A stretch of DNA of 64,000 bases, from assembly GCF_036507085.1 (NCBI RefSeq), contig NZ_DASXQQ010000104.1; one strand, 5' to 3'. Both the position numbers and the translations under genes were made by a program. The notes beneath the pieces are model-generated. The model ran no database searches. It was not told where the DNA came from and saw only the letters and a program-made list of their open reading frames with translations. Positions within the stretch are counted from its first letter, which is position 1. Each line of letters begins with the position of its first letter. Shown here in pieces: positions 37,072 to 46,105 of the stretch. Source of the stretch: Piscinibacter sp. Its GTDB lineage: Bacteria; Pseudomonadota; Gammaproteobacteria; Burkholderiales; Burkholderiaceae_C.

Positions 37072-38529
37072 ATGACACATTCAAGCCTGCGTTCACACCT
37101 CGCGATCGTCCCGCTGCTCGCGGCCCTGGTGCTGGCCGGCTGCGCGTCGGCGCCGACGGCAGAGCCGAGCGCACTGCCGACGATTCCGGCAGCGTACAAG
37201 GAAGGCGACGGGCGTTGGACGGTGGCCCCGCCCGCCGAAGCGCAGCCGCGCGGCGCGTGGTGGAAAGCCTTTTCCGATCCGGTGCTCGACGAACTCGCCG
37301 AGCGCGCCGGACGCAACAACACGAGCATTGCGCAAGCCGCCGCGCGACTGGCGCAGGCCAAGGCGCTGCTGCGGTCGACCGATGCGGATCGCTCGGTGCA
37401 GGTCGGCGTGGGCGCTGGCGTTGCCCGCCAAGGCGGCGGCGTGGCCAATGCTGCCGGCACCGCGGGGACGCTGGCGAGCGCGGGTGCCAACCTGTCCTAC
37501 GAGGTCGATTTGTTCGGCCGCCTCTCGAAGGCGAGCCGTGCCGCATCGCTCGATGCGTCCTCGCGCGAAGCCTTGTTGCAGAGCACGCGCCTGCTGGTTC
37601 AATCGAATGTGGCGCAGACCTACTTCGCCTTGCGTGCGCTGGACAACGAACGCTCGCTGGTGCGCGACACGGTCGCCGCGTACGCCGACACGCTGCGACT
37701 CACCGAGAGCCGATTCCGCGCCGGCGACGTAGCCGAACTCGACGTGGTGCGGGTGCGCACCGAGGTGGCTGCCACGCAATCCGAAGCGCTCGCACTCGAG
37801 CGTCGCCGTGCCGAGCTCGAGCATGCGCTCGCGGTGCTGATCGGCGAGTTGCCTGCGAATTTCGCGGTGGCCGAAATCGACTGGGCCGGCCCGCCGCCCG
37901 CTGTTCCCCCGGGCCTCCCGAGCAGCCTGCTGGCGCGCCGGCCCGACGTGTCCGCCGCCCAAAGCGCGATGCTGGCCGCGCAGGCGCGCGTCGGCGTCGC
38001 CCAAACCGCCTGGTTTCCGAGCGTGGCGTTGACCGCCTCGGGCGGCTACGCCTCACCGGAGTTGGGCGACCTGTTCAAGTGGTCGGCACGCGCCTGGGGT
38101 GTCGGCGCGTTGCTCTCGCTGCCGCTGTTCGACGGCGGTCGGCGCGAGGCCGGTGTGCAAGGCGCCAGCGCGCAACTCGATGGCGCCGCGGCGAGCTATC
38201 GCGAGCAGGTCCTGGTGGCGTTCAAGGATGTCGAGGACCAGCTCTCGTCCTTGCGCCTGCTCGGCGCCCAGGCCGACGTGCAGGCGCAAGCCGTGGCATC
38301 GGCCAGCCGCGCCACGGTGCTGTCCGACTCGCGCTATCGCAACGGCCTGGTCAGCCAGCTTGAATTGCTGGACGCGCGGCGCCGCGAAGCGAGCAATCGG
38401 CGCGAGGCCTTGCAGGTGCGTGCCGCGCAGTACCAGGCGACGGTCGGCCTCATCCGCGCGCTGGGTGGCGGCTGGGGCACCGCACACGGCGCTTCCGGTG
38501 TGGTGCAGACGCGCCTCGTGATGCAGTGA
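37072..38529 (+). CDS. Outer membrane factor lipoprotein (OprN/NodT-like)
   Basis: Lipobox LAGC, WWKAF.DP.L, YEVDLFG, LLARRPDV, RALGGGW. Confidence 0.92.
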   Translation: MTHSSLRSHLAIVPLLAALVLAGCASAPTAEPSALPTIPAAYKEGDGRWTVAPPAEAQPRGAWWKAFSDPVLDELAERAGRNNTSIAQAAARLAQAKALLRSTDADRSVQVGVGAGVARQGGGVANAAGTAGTLASAGANLSYEVDLFGRLSKASRAASLDASSREALLQSTRLLVQSNVAQTYFALRALDNERSLVRDTVAAYADTLRLTESRFRAGDVAELDVVRVRTEVAATQSEALALERRRAELEHALAVLIGELPANFAVAEIDWAGPPPAVPPGLPSSLLARRPDVSAAQSAMLAAQARVGVAQTAWFPSVALTASGGYASPELGDLFKWSARAWGVGALLSLPLFDGGRREAGVQGASAQLDGAAASYREQVLVAFKDVEDQLSSLRLLGAQADVQAQAVASASRATVLSDSRYRNGLVSQLELLDARRREASNRREALQVRAAQYQATVGLIRALGGGWGTAHGASGVVQTRLVMQ

Positions 38530-38586
38530 ACCGGCCTGTGGTCAGGGCGAAAACGACGCACCTGCGACGCTTACAGTAGGCGCACC

Positions 38587-39519
38587 ATGCGAGAACTCAT
38601 CGCGCTGCTCGTCGATCACGGGGTGCTCATCGTGTTTGCGGCCACCCTGGCGGCACGCATCGGCGCACCCGTTCCCGCGTCGCCCTTGCTGGTCGTCGCC
38701 GGCGGGCTCGCCGTGGCGGGAGAGTTGTCTTGGATCGCCGTCCTGGGCGGCTCCATCGTCGCCAACATCGTCGGCGATGGCGTCTGGTTCCATGCCGGAC
38801 GGCGCCATGGGCACCGCGTGATGAAACTGCTGTGCCGGATCTCGCTGTCTCCAGACTCCTGTGTGCGCCAGAGCGAATCCCTCATCACGCGCTGGGGCGG
38901 CAGTTCGCTCATCGGCGCCAAATTTCTGCCTGGCGTGTCGGTCGTCGCGGCGCCGATGGCCGGAGCTTTGGGCATGTCATGGTTGCGCTTCCTCGCGTTC
39001 GAGATGGTCGCGGCCACGATCTGGACCATGGTCTTTCTCGCCCTGGGCATGGTCTTCAGCGGCCAGATCCAGCAGATTCTGGACATGATGGCCAACACCG
39101 GGACCGTCGCGACCGGCGCTCTGGTGCTGGCGCTGGTGGCCCTGCTGGCAGGCCGCTATTGGCGCCGACGTGGATTCCTGCGCGAAGTGGAGATGTCGCG
39201 GATCAGCGTGGACGACCTGCACGACCTGATTCGCCTGGGCCACGATCCGATGGTCATCGACGTGCGCTCCGAAGCGAGCGTGAAGATCGATTCGCGGCGC
39301 ATTCCCGGCGCAGTCTCTGTCCAACTGCAGGCGATGCGCAGCAAGGCGTCCGAGCTTCCGCGCGATCGCGAGATCGTTCTGTACTGCAATTGCCCCAACG
39401 AAGTGTCTGCCGCGCGTGCGGCACGTATGCTCGCAGCACAGGGTATCGAGCGCGTGCGCCCGCTGGCGGGTGGCTTGGATGCCTGGGTCGCGGCAGGCCG
39501 ACCAACCATCGCGGACTAG
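38587..39519 (+). CDS. DedA family membrane protein with C-terminal rhodanese domain
   Basis: GAPVPA, CRISLSPDSCV, AKFLPG; IDVRS...LYCNCPNE...LAGGLDAW. Confidence 0.9.
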   Translation: MRELIALLVDHGVLIVFAATLAARIGAPVPASPLLVVAGGLAVAGELSWIAVLGGSIVANIVGDGVWFHAGRRHGHRVMKLLCRISLSPDSCVRQSESLITRWGGSSLIGAKFLPGVSVVAAPMAGALGMSWLRFLAFEMVAATIWTMVFLALGMVFSGQIQQILDMMANTGTVATGALVLALVALLAGRYWRRRGFLREVEMSRISVDDLHDLIRLGHDPMVIDVRSEASVKIDSRRIPGAVSVQLQAMRSKASELPRDREIVLYCNCPNEVSAARAARMLAAQGIERVRPLAGGLDAWVAAGRPTIAD

Positions 39520-39666
39520 GCTGATCGACACGGACTGGGCCCAGACGGTGTGGTGCGCGTATCGGGGTCTACCTGCAACGCCCTTCTGTGCTGCTCACGT
39601 CAAACGTTGGCCGCAGCGATGACCGCTTTCTGACATCTCGTCAAGCGGTAGCGAAGTTCGACAAAG

Positions 39667-39750
39667 TTCGGCCTCGGCATCGGCAAGGATTACCGCTTCA
39701 AGACGGACATCGCGCTGCGCATCCAGGTGGAGGCGCCGGCGACGCGTTGA
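39667..39750 (+). pseudogene. YceI-family C-terminal remnant
   Basis: FGLGIGKDYRFKTDIALRIQVEA* resembles a YceI C-terminus; no upstream frame. Confidence 0.45.
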
Positions 39751-39832
39751 CAGCCCTGGCCCGCAGGCGTAGCGTCGCCGCTGCCCGCTTCGATGCGGCG
39801 TCTCGATTCAACCGTTTAAGGAGGGCCATTCC

Positions 39833-40468
39833 ATGGTCAAGCGCGCTTTCCGGTTGTCACTGGTCGCTGCGGCGCTCGTGCCCGCGGTCGTGTATGCCCA
39901 GCACCCCATGCCGGCGAAATCCGATACCGCCAAACCGGCCGCGAGGATCTCGGACGCCAAGAAGCTGGCCGATGCGATGAGCGCCGCGCCGGCGAGCATC
40001 AGCAAGCACGCGACGATCATGGATTGGCCGGCGAAGGAAGGTGATCAACCCAGGCAATTGCGCGCCGGCACCAACGGATGGGTCTGCTTCCCGAGCACGC
40101 CCTCGGAATTCAGCAAGGCGTCGGGCGGCGACCCGATGTGTCTGGACAAGCAGTGGCAGGGATGGGCCCAAGCCTGGATGAGCAAGGGCCAGCCGAAGGT
40201 GACAGGCACCGGCGTGGCCTACATGCTCAAAGGCGACCGCGGCGCGAGCAATACCGACCCGTTTGCGACCGGGCCGGCGGCGAACAACGAGTGGGTGGTG
40301 TCACCACCGCACATCATGGTGCTCTACGAGGACTTGAAGATGCTCGACGCATTCCCCACCGATCCGAAATCCGGCGGGCCGTGGGTGATGTGGAAGGGCA
40401 CGCCGTACGCGCATCTGATGGTGCCGGTGTCGGGGTCCCAGGGCGCCAAGATGCCCGCGCCGAAGTAG
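39833..40468 (+). CDS. Exported hypothetical protein
   Basis: RBS AAGGAGG, signal peptide (VYA|Q), strong coding-like codon bias; motifs GTNGWVCFP, DPMCLD, PPHIMV, YAHLMVP. Confidence 0.8.
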   Translation: MVKRAFRLSLVAAALVPAVVYAQHPMPAKSDTAKPAARISDAKKLADAMSAAPASISKHATIMDWPAKEGDQPRQLRAGTNGWVCFPSTPSEFSKASGGDPMCLDKQWQGWAQAWMSKGQPKVTGTGVAYMLKGDRGASNTDPFATGPAANNEWVVSPPHIMVLYEDLKMLDAFPTDPKSGGPWVMWKGTPYAHLMVPVSGSQGAKMPAPK

Positions 40469-40534
40469 CGCAGGACGCCTCGCTCCGGCGGCTCAGTCGG
40501 GCTCGCTGTCCTCGAGCAGCGAGAAGCTGATGGC

Positions 40535-40575
40535 AGGCGGTCTCGCGCGGCGTGCGCACCAGGCCGCCTTTCTTC
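40535..40575 (+). terminator. Terminator-like hairpin 35 nt upstream of glnA
   Basis: AGGCGGTCT...AGGCCGCCT stem followed by TTCTTC. Confidence 0.4.
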
Positions 40576-40603
40576 GTGGTGACCCCAACCAGAGGAGAGG
40601 ACC

Positions 40604-42094
40604 ATGGCAACCGAGAAGCGCCCGATCGCCCAGTTCGAGCCCGGCATCTTCCGGGTGAACCCGCCCAAGAACGCCAAGGCCGTGAGCGACCTTGTCCGCG
40701 CGCACGGCATCCAGATCGTCGACCTCAAGTTCACCGACCTGCCCGGCCTCTGGCAGCACTTCTCGATCGGGCTGCCGGAGCTCAACGACGAGTTGTTCGA
40801 CGACGGCATCGGGTTCGACGGCTCCTCGATCCGCGGCTTCCAGGAGATCCACGAGTCGGACATGCTGCTGCGGCCGGACCCGGCCACCGCGTTCATCGAT
40901 CCGATGTGCGAGACGCCCACGCTCTCGCTGATCTGCAACGTGATCGACCCGGTCCTCAAGAAGCCCTACTCGCGCGATCCGCGCCACGTGGCCCAGAAGG
41001 CCGAGCAGCATCTGAAAAGCACCGGCATCGCGCAGACCTGCTACTTCGGCCCGGAGCTCGAGTTCTTCATCTTCGACTCGATCCGCTTCGAGCAGAACGC
41101 GCATTGCGGCTACTACTACGTCGACTCGGTCGAGGGCGAATGGAACTCGGGCCGCGACGAAGGCGCGTTCGGCGGCGGCAACCTCGGCTACAAGCCGCGC
41201 TACAAGCAAGGCTACTTCCCGGTGCCCCCGCACGACACACTGCAGGAGATCCGCTCGCAGATCGTGCTCGGGCTGATGAACGCGGGGGTGCAGGTCGAGG
41301 TGCACCACCACGAGGTGTCGACCGCGGGGCAGAACGAGATCGACATGAAGTTCGCGCCGCTCGTGCGGATGGCCGACAACGTGATGATCTACAAGTACTT
41401 CGTCAAGAACATCGCACGCCAGCACGGCAAGGTCGCCACCTTCATGCCCAAGCCGATCTTCGCGGACAACGCGAGCGGGATGCACTGCCACCAGAGCCTG
41501 TGGGCCGAGAAGACCAATCTCTTCTACGACGCCAAGGGCTGGGCGCTGACCTCCGACCTGTGCCGCTGGTACATCGGCGGGCTGCTCAAGCACGCGCATG
41601 CGCTGATGGCTTTCTGCGCGCCGACCACCAACTCGTACCGCCGGCTCGTGCCGGGCTACGAGGCGCCGGTGAACCTTGCGATGTCGCAGCGCAACCGCTC
41701 GGCCGCGGCGCGCATCCCGATGTACTCGGACTCGCCGAGCGCCCGGCGCGTCGAGTTCCGTTGCCCCGATCCGTCCGCGAACGCCTACCTCGCGTTCGCG
41801 GCGATGCTGATGGCGGGCCTCGACGGCATCGCCAGCAAGGCCGACCCCGGCCCGCCGCTCGACAAGAACATCTACGAGCTGCCGCCGGAAGAGGCCCAGC
41901 GGATCGAAAAGGTCCCCGGGTCGCTCGACGAGTCGCTGCGCGCGCTGGAGAAGGACCACGACTTCCTGATGCGCGGCGACGTGTTCACCCCCGACGTGAT
42001 CGAGAACTGGCTCGAGTACAAGTGGAAGCACGAGGTCGATCCGGTGCGGCTGCGCCCGCACCCGTGGGAGTTCTATCTCTACTTCGATGTCTGA
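40604..42094 (+). CDS. glnA: Type I glutamine synthetase (GSI-beta-like)
   Basis: FDGSSIRG, GPELEFFIFD, HHHEV, TFMPKP...SGMHCHQSL, NRSAAARIP, adenylylation loop NIYELP. Confidence 0.93.
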   Translation: MATEKRPIAQFEPGIFRVNPPKNAKAVSDLVRAHGIQIVDLKFTDLPGLWQHFSIGLPELNDELFDDGIGFDGSSIRGFQEIHESDMLLRPDPATAFIDPMCETPTLSLICNVIDPVLKKPYSRDPRHVAQKAEQHLKSTGIAQTCYFGPELEFFIFDSIRFEQNAHCGYYYVDSVEGEWNSGRDEGAFGGGNLGYKPRYKQGYFPVPPHDTLQEIRSQIVLGLMNAGVQVEVHHHEVSTAGQNEIDMKFAPLVRMADNVMIYKYFVKNIARQHGKVATFMPKPIFADNASGMHCHQSLWAEKTNLFYDAKGWALTSDLCRWYIGGLLKHAHALMAFCAPTTNSYRRLVPGYEAPVNLAMSQRNRSAAARIPMYSDSPSARRVEFRCPDPSANAYLAFAAMLMAGLDGIASKADPGPPLDKNIYELPPEEAQRIEKVPGSLDESLRALEKDHDFLMRGDVFTPDVIENWLEYKWKHEVDPVRLRPHPWEFYLYFDV

Positions 42095-42171
42095 GAACCT
42101 GCGGCGGTGCGGCGTCTCGGGAAATGCGCAGGCCGGAACGCAGGCAAAATCTCCCAGATGGGGGCAGACCA

Positions 42172-43485
42172 ATGAAGGCCGGTTGGCGCTTGGCATTCGC
42201 GTGTGCGGTCGCATTGGCGGCCGCACCCGTTCAAGCGGCCATCGAGCTCCAGTTCTGGCACTCCATGACGGGTGTTCTGGCCGACCAGGTCACCACCATC
42301 GCTGCGAAGTTCAACAGCAGCCAACGAGAATACCGCGTGGTGCCGGTCTACAAAGGCGACTACGACCAGGGCATCGCTGCCGGCATCGCCGCCTTTCGGG
42401 CCGGCAACGCCCCCCACATTCTTCAGGTCTATGAGGTTGGCACGGCGTCGATGATGGCGGCCAAGGGTGCGGTGAAGCCGGTCTACGAGCTGATGACCGA
42501 AGCGGGCGAGCCGTTCGACCCGGCCGCCTTCCTGCCCCCTGTGGCGAGCTACTACACCGACTCGAAGGGCAAGATGCTGTCCTTGCCCTTCAACGCCTCC
42601 ACCACGGTGCTCTACTACAACAAGGACCTGTTGCGCCGCGCCGGCCTGGATCCCAAGCGCCCTCCGCGCACCTGGCAAGAACTGGAGGCGGCCGCAGCGA
42701 AGCTCAAAGCGGGGGGCGTGGGGTGCGCCTACACGAGCGCATGGCAGTCGTGGGTTCACCTCGAGAACTTCAGCGCCCGCCACAATCTGCCCTTCGCCAC
42801 CCGATCCAATGGGTTCGAGGGTGCGGACGCGCGCTTCGTGTTCAACGGTCCCGTTCAGGTCAGGCACCTTGCCAAACTTGCGGAGTGGCAGAAGAAGGGT
42901 TACTTCGCCCACAGCAGCCGCAAGCGAGAGGCTCAAGAGCGGTTTTTCGACGGCACATGCGCCATGCTCACCAGCTCGTCTGCCGCCTATGGCAACGTGC
43001 TGAAACTGGCCAAATTCGACTTCGGCGTGGCGCCACTGCCCTACGACGCCGACGTGACGGGTGCGCCCAAGAACACGATCATCGGCGGGGCGAGCCTGTG
43101 GGTGTTCGCAGGCAAGAGCCGCGAAGAAAACCACGGGGTGGCCAAGTTCTTCCGTTTCCTGTCGCAGCCCGAGATTCAAGCCGAGTGGCATCGGACCACA
43201 GGCTACCTGCCCATCACGAAAGCCGCCTACCAGCTTGCCAAGAAACAGGGGCTGTATGAGCGTCAGCCCGGCCTGGACGTGGCGGTGCAGGAAATGATGG
43301 GTGAGACGCCGACGGTCCACGCGCGCGGCCTGCGGGTCGGCAATTTCGTGCAGATTCGCGCGGTGATCGATGAAGAGCTGGACGCCGTCTGGAGCGGCCG
43401 GAAAACGCCACGGCAAGCCCTGGATTCGGCAAAGGCCCGCGGCGATGTCCTGCTGAAGGAATTTGAACAAGCCCATCATCCCTAG
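42172..43485 (+). CDS. ugpB: sn-glycerol-3-phosphate-binding protein UgpB-like (orphan)
   Basis: FWHSM.G, AAFRAGNAPHILQVYEVGTASMM, PFNAST.VLYYNKD, NTIIGGASLWV, WH..TGYLPIT. Confidence 0.88.
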   Translation: MKAGWRLAFACAVALAAAPVQAAIELQFWHSMTGVLADQVTTIAAKFNSSQREYRVVPVYKGDYDQGIAAGIAAFRAGNAPHILQVYEVGTASMMAAKGAVKPVYELMTEAGEPFDPAAFLPPVASYYTDSKGKMLSLPFNASTTVLYYNKDLLRRAGLDPKRPPRTWQELEAAAAKLKAGGVGCAYTSAWQSWVHLENFSARHNLPFATRSNGFEGADARFVFNGPVQVRHLAKLAEWQKKGYFAHSSRKREAQERFFDGTCAMLTSSSAAYGNVLKLAKFDFGVAPLPYDADVTGAPKNTIIGGASLWVFAGKSREENHGVAKFFRFLSQPEIQAEWHRTTGYLPITKAAYQLAKKQGLYERQPGLDVAVQEMMGETPTVHARGLRVGNFVQIRAVIDEELDAVWSGRKTPRQALDSAKARGDVLLKEFEQAHHP

Positions 43486-46024
43486 CCACTGGCAGCGCTG
43501 GGCACCGCGACCCGCGTGGGTGGCGGGGGCGCTGCTGCTCGCCGGCATCACGTTGACCCTCTTGGCGTGGCGGGCTGCCGTGTCCGAGGTGGAGCGCGGC
43601 GCGGCCAGTCAGTTCGAGACCAACGTGAAGGAGATGCGGCTCGCCATCCGCGAGCGCGTTCTCGCCTACGAATCCTTGCTGCGCGGCGGGGCCAGCCTGT
43701 TCGCCGCGCTGCCGGAGGTGAGCCGCGACGCCTGGCGCGCGCACATTCAAGGCGTGGTGGAGATGGGGCGCAACTACGCCGGCATCCAGGCGGTCGGCTT
43801 CGTGCAGATGATTCCCCGCGAGGACCTGGCTGCCCACATCCACGGGGCGCGCTCGGAAGCGCTCCTCGACTACACGGTCTGGCCCGCCGGCGAGCGCGCC
43901 CGGTATTCCACGGTCTTCTACATCGAGCCCTTCACCGAAACCAACCGCCGCATGCTCGGCTATGACATGAGCACCGATCCCGTCCTGCGCGCAGCCATGG
44001 ACCAAGCCCGCGACACGGGTGCTCCGATGGCGTCGGGCAAGCATTCGCTGCAGGGAGAAGACGCCAATCAACACCCGGGCTTCGTCATGTTCGTGCCGGT
44101 CTACCGCTACGGCGCGCCCTTGCGCGGCGACCTGGTCGAAGATCGGCGCGCAGCGCTCGTCGGCTACGTGTTCAGCCCGTGCCGGGTGGACAAGCTCATC
44201 GAAAGCGCGGCTCCGCGGGAAATGCGGGACATCAAGGTCGAGGTCTATGACGGCCGCGCCATCGCCGCGCCTGCCCTCCTGTACGACCGCGCCTCAGCGC
44301 CGACGGCGGGGGGGCGCTTCATGCAACTGACGACTTTGGAAGTCAGCGGCCTGGCCTGGACCCTGCGCTTTGGCTCCACTCCAGCATGGGAAGCCGCCAT
44401 CGCGTACGACCGGCCGCGCATCGTCCTGATTGCCGGCGGCCTGATCAGCCTGTTGCTGGCCGTCGCAGGTTGGTCCTTCGCGGTGACCCGGTCGCACTCT
44501 CGGGACCTGAAAAATCACCAGGATCGCCTTGAAGATCTGGTCCGAGAACGAACGGCCGAGTTGACCGTGGCGGAGCAGAAGTACCGCAGCATCTTCGAGA
44601 ACGCCGTCGAGGGCATCTACCAGACCACGCCCGAGGGGCAATACCTCACAGTCAACCCGGCGCTCGCCCACATGCTGGGGTTCGACACCGCCGCGGAGAT
44701 GATCGCCGCGAGAAATGCGACCGAGGGCTATGTGGATCCGCAGCAGCGGCTCGAGTTCAAACGAATCCTGGAGGAGCGCGGCAATCTGCAGGGGTTCATC
44801 AGCCAGGCCTATCGACGTGACCGCAGCAAGATCTGGGTGTCGCTCAGCGCCCGCGCAGTGCGCGACGCGACGGGCACAGTGCTCTACTACGAGGGGACCG
44901 CCGAAGACGTTACCGATCGCATGCTCGCCGAGGAAAATGCCCGACACCTGATCCGCGAGGAAGCCGCGCGCCAGGAAGCCGAGGCGTCGCGCGGCGAGAT
45001 CGCCGCGGCGCATGAGCAACTGAAGACTTGGGTCGGTGAGCTGGAGCAGAACAACCGCGCGATGGCGCGGCTCGGCGAGATGGTCGGACTGCTGCAGTCG
45101 TGCATCACGGCCGCAGAGTCGCGCGACGTGGCGGCCAATCAGTTGAGGCAGATCTTCGAAAGCGACGCTGGCGCGCTCTACCTGTTCGAGCCGGAACGCC
45201 ACATGCTCGAACTGGCCGCAAACTGGGGACAGGCTCCGCCTCGTTCGGGGCTCTTTGGTGCCGACGATTGTTGGGCGATGAGGTCGGGCCGCCAGTACAC
45301 GGTCGAGGGCGATGCAGGGGGTCTGCGCTGCCGACATGTCGATGAAGACTGCGCCGCGTACGCCTGCGTGCCGCTGATCGCGGAGGGCGTTGCACTGGGG
45401 CTGCTGCATATCCGATGCGCCGCCGATCGGTCGATCGAGCAGCGTCGTCCGTTCCTTCACATCGTTGCTGAGAACCTCGCCCTGGGCCTGGCGAACGTTC
45501 GGCTGCGTGAGGCGCTGCGCGCCCAGGCGATTCGCGATCCGCTCACCGGCCTGTACAACCGGCGTTTCATGGCAGAGTCGATCGAGCACGAGTTGGACCT
45601 CGCCGCGCGACGGTCCGACTCGCTCGCGCTGGTGATGGTCGACGTCGATCACTTCAAACGGCTGAACGATTCACTTGGACATGAAGCCGGCGACACGGTC
45701 CTGAAGGAAATTGCCGCCTTCATCGGCGCGCACATCCGCAGCTCCGATCTGGCGTGCCGCTACGGCGGCGAAGAGATCCTGATCATTCTTCCGGACACGG
45801 GGCTGGAAGCGGCGCAAGGATTCGCCGAGAAGTTGCGGCTGGGCGTGCGCGCGATCGAGCTGCACGCGGCCGCGCGTGCCATCGGTCCGGTCACGATTTC
45901 GCTCGGCGTTGCCGCGTTTCCCGAGCACGGACAAAGCACAGCGGCTTTGCTGCGTGCGGCCGATACCGCGCTGTATCGAGCGAAGGCTCAGGGTCGCGAT
46001 CGCGTCGTCATGGCAGCGAACTGA
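43463..46024 (+). CDS. Membrane diguanylate cyclase, CHASE-PAS-GAF-GGDEF
   Basis: Two TM segments around CHASE (YIEP...N..MLGYDM), PAS (YRSIFENAVEGIYQ), GAF (DCWAMR), RDPLTGLYNRR, RSSD I-site, RYGGEEI; start uncertain. Confidence 0.88.
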   Translation: MNKPIIPSHWQRWAPRPAWVAGALLLAGITLTLLAWRAAVSEVERGAASQFETNVKEMRLAIRERVLAYESLLRGGASLFAALPEVSRDAWRAHIQGVVEMGRNYAGIQAVGFVQMIPREDLAAHIHGARSEALLDYTVWPAGERARYSTVFYIEPFTETNRRMLGYDMSTDPVLRAAMDQARDTGAPMASGKHSLQGEDANQHPGFVMFVPVYRYGAPLRGDLVEDRRAALVGYVFSPCRVDKLIESAAPREMRDIKVEVYDGRAIAAPALLYDRASAPTAGGRFMQLTTLEVSGLAWTLRFGSTPAWEAAIAYDRPRIVLIAGGLISLLLAVAGWSFAVTRSHSRDLKNHQDRLEDLVRERTAELTVAEQKYRSIFENAVEGIYQTTPEGQYLTVNPALAHMLGFDTAAEMIAARNATEGYVDPQQRLEFKRILEERGNLQGFISQAYRRDRSKIWVSLSARAVRDATGTVLYYEGTAEDVTDRMLAEENARHLIREEAARQEAEASRGEIAAAHEQLKTWVGELEQNNRAMARLGEMVGLLQSCITAAESRDVAANQLRQIFESDAGALYLFEPERHMLELAANWGQAPPRSGLFGADDCWAMRSGRQYTVEGDAGGLRCRHVDEDCAAYACVPLIAEGVALGLLHIRCAADRSIEQRRPFLHIVAENLALGLANVRLREALRAQAIRDPLTGLYNRRFMAESIEHELDLAARRSDSLALVMVDVDHFKRLNDSLGHEAGDTVLKEIAAFIGAHIRSSDLACRYGGEEILIILPDTGLEAAQGFAEKLRLGVRAIELHAAARAIGPVTISLGVAAFPEHGQSTAALLRAADTALYRAKAQGRDRVVMAAN

Positions 46025-46105
46025 GTTGCAGCGCTGGTTGCACGCGGGTCGAGACGGTGAGACGCTTGGCGCACGGCCGCTGCGGCGGCGTTGCCGGGGT
46101 GCGCT

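Noticed and set aside
40531-40546. Sigma-54 promoter upstream of glnA (TGGCAG...GC)
   Set aside because: GG to GC spacing is 11 rather than the required 10, and there is no TTGC
40469-40603. Known glutamine (glnA) riboswitch
   Set aside because: I could not match its consensus by eye; reported only as an unassigned structured leader
40552-43485. 977-aa ORF spanning glnA and ugpB
   Set aside because: The first 540 codons are a stop-free alternative frame over glnA, common in high-GC DNA; UgpB with its signal peptide starts at 42172
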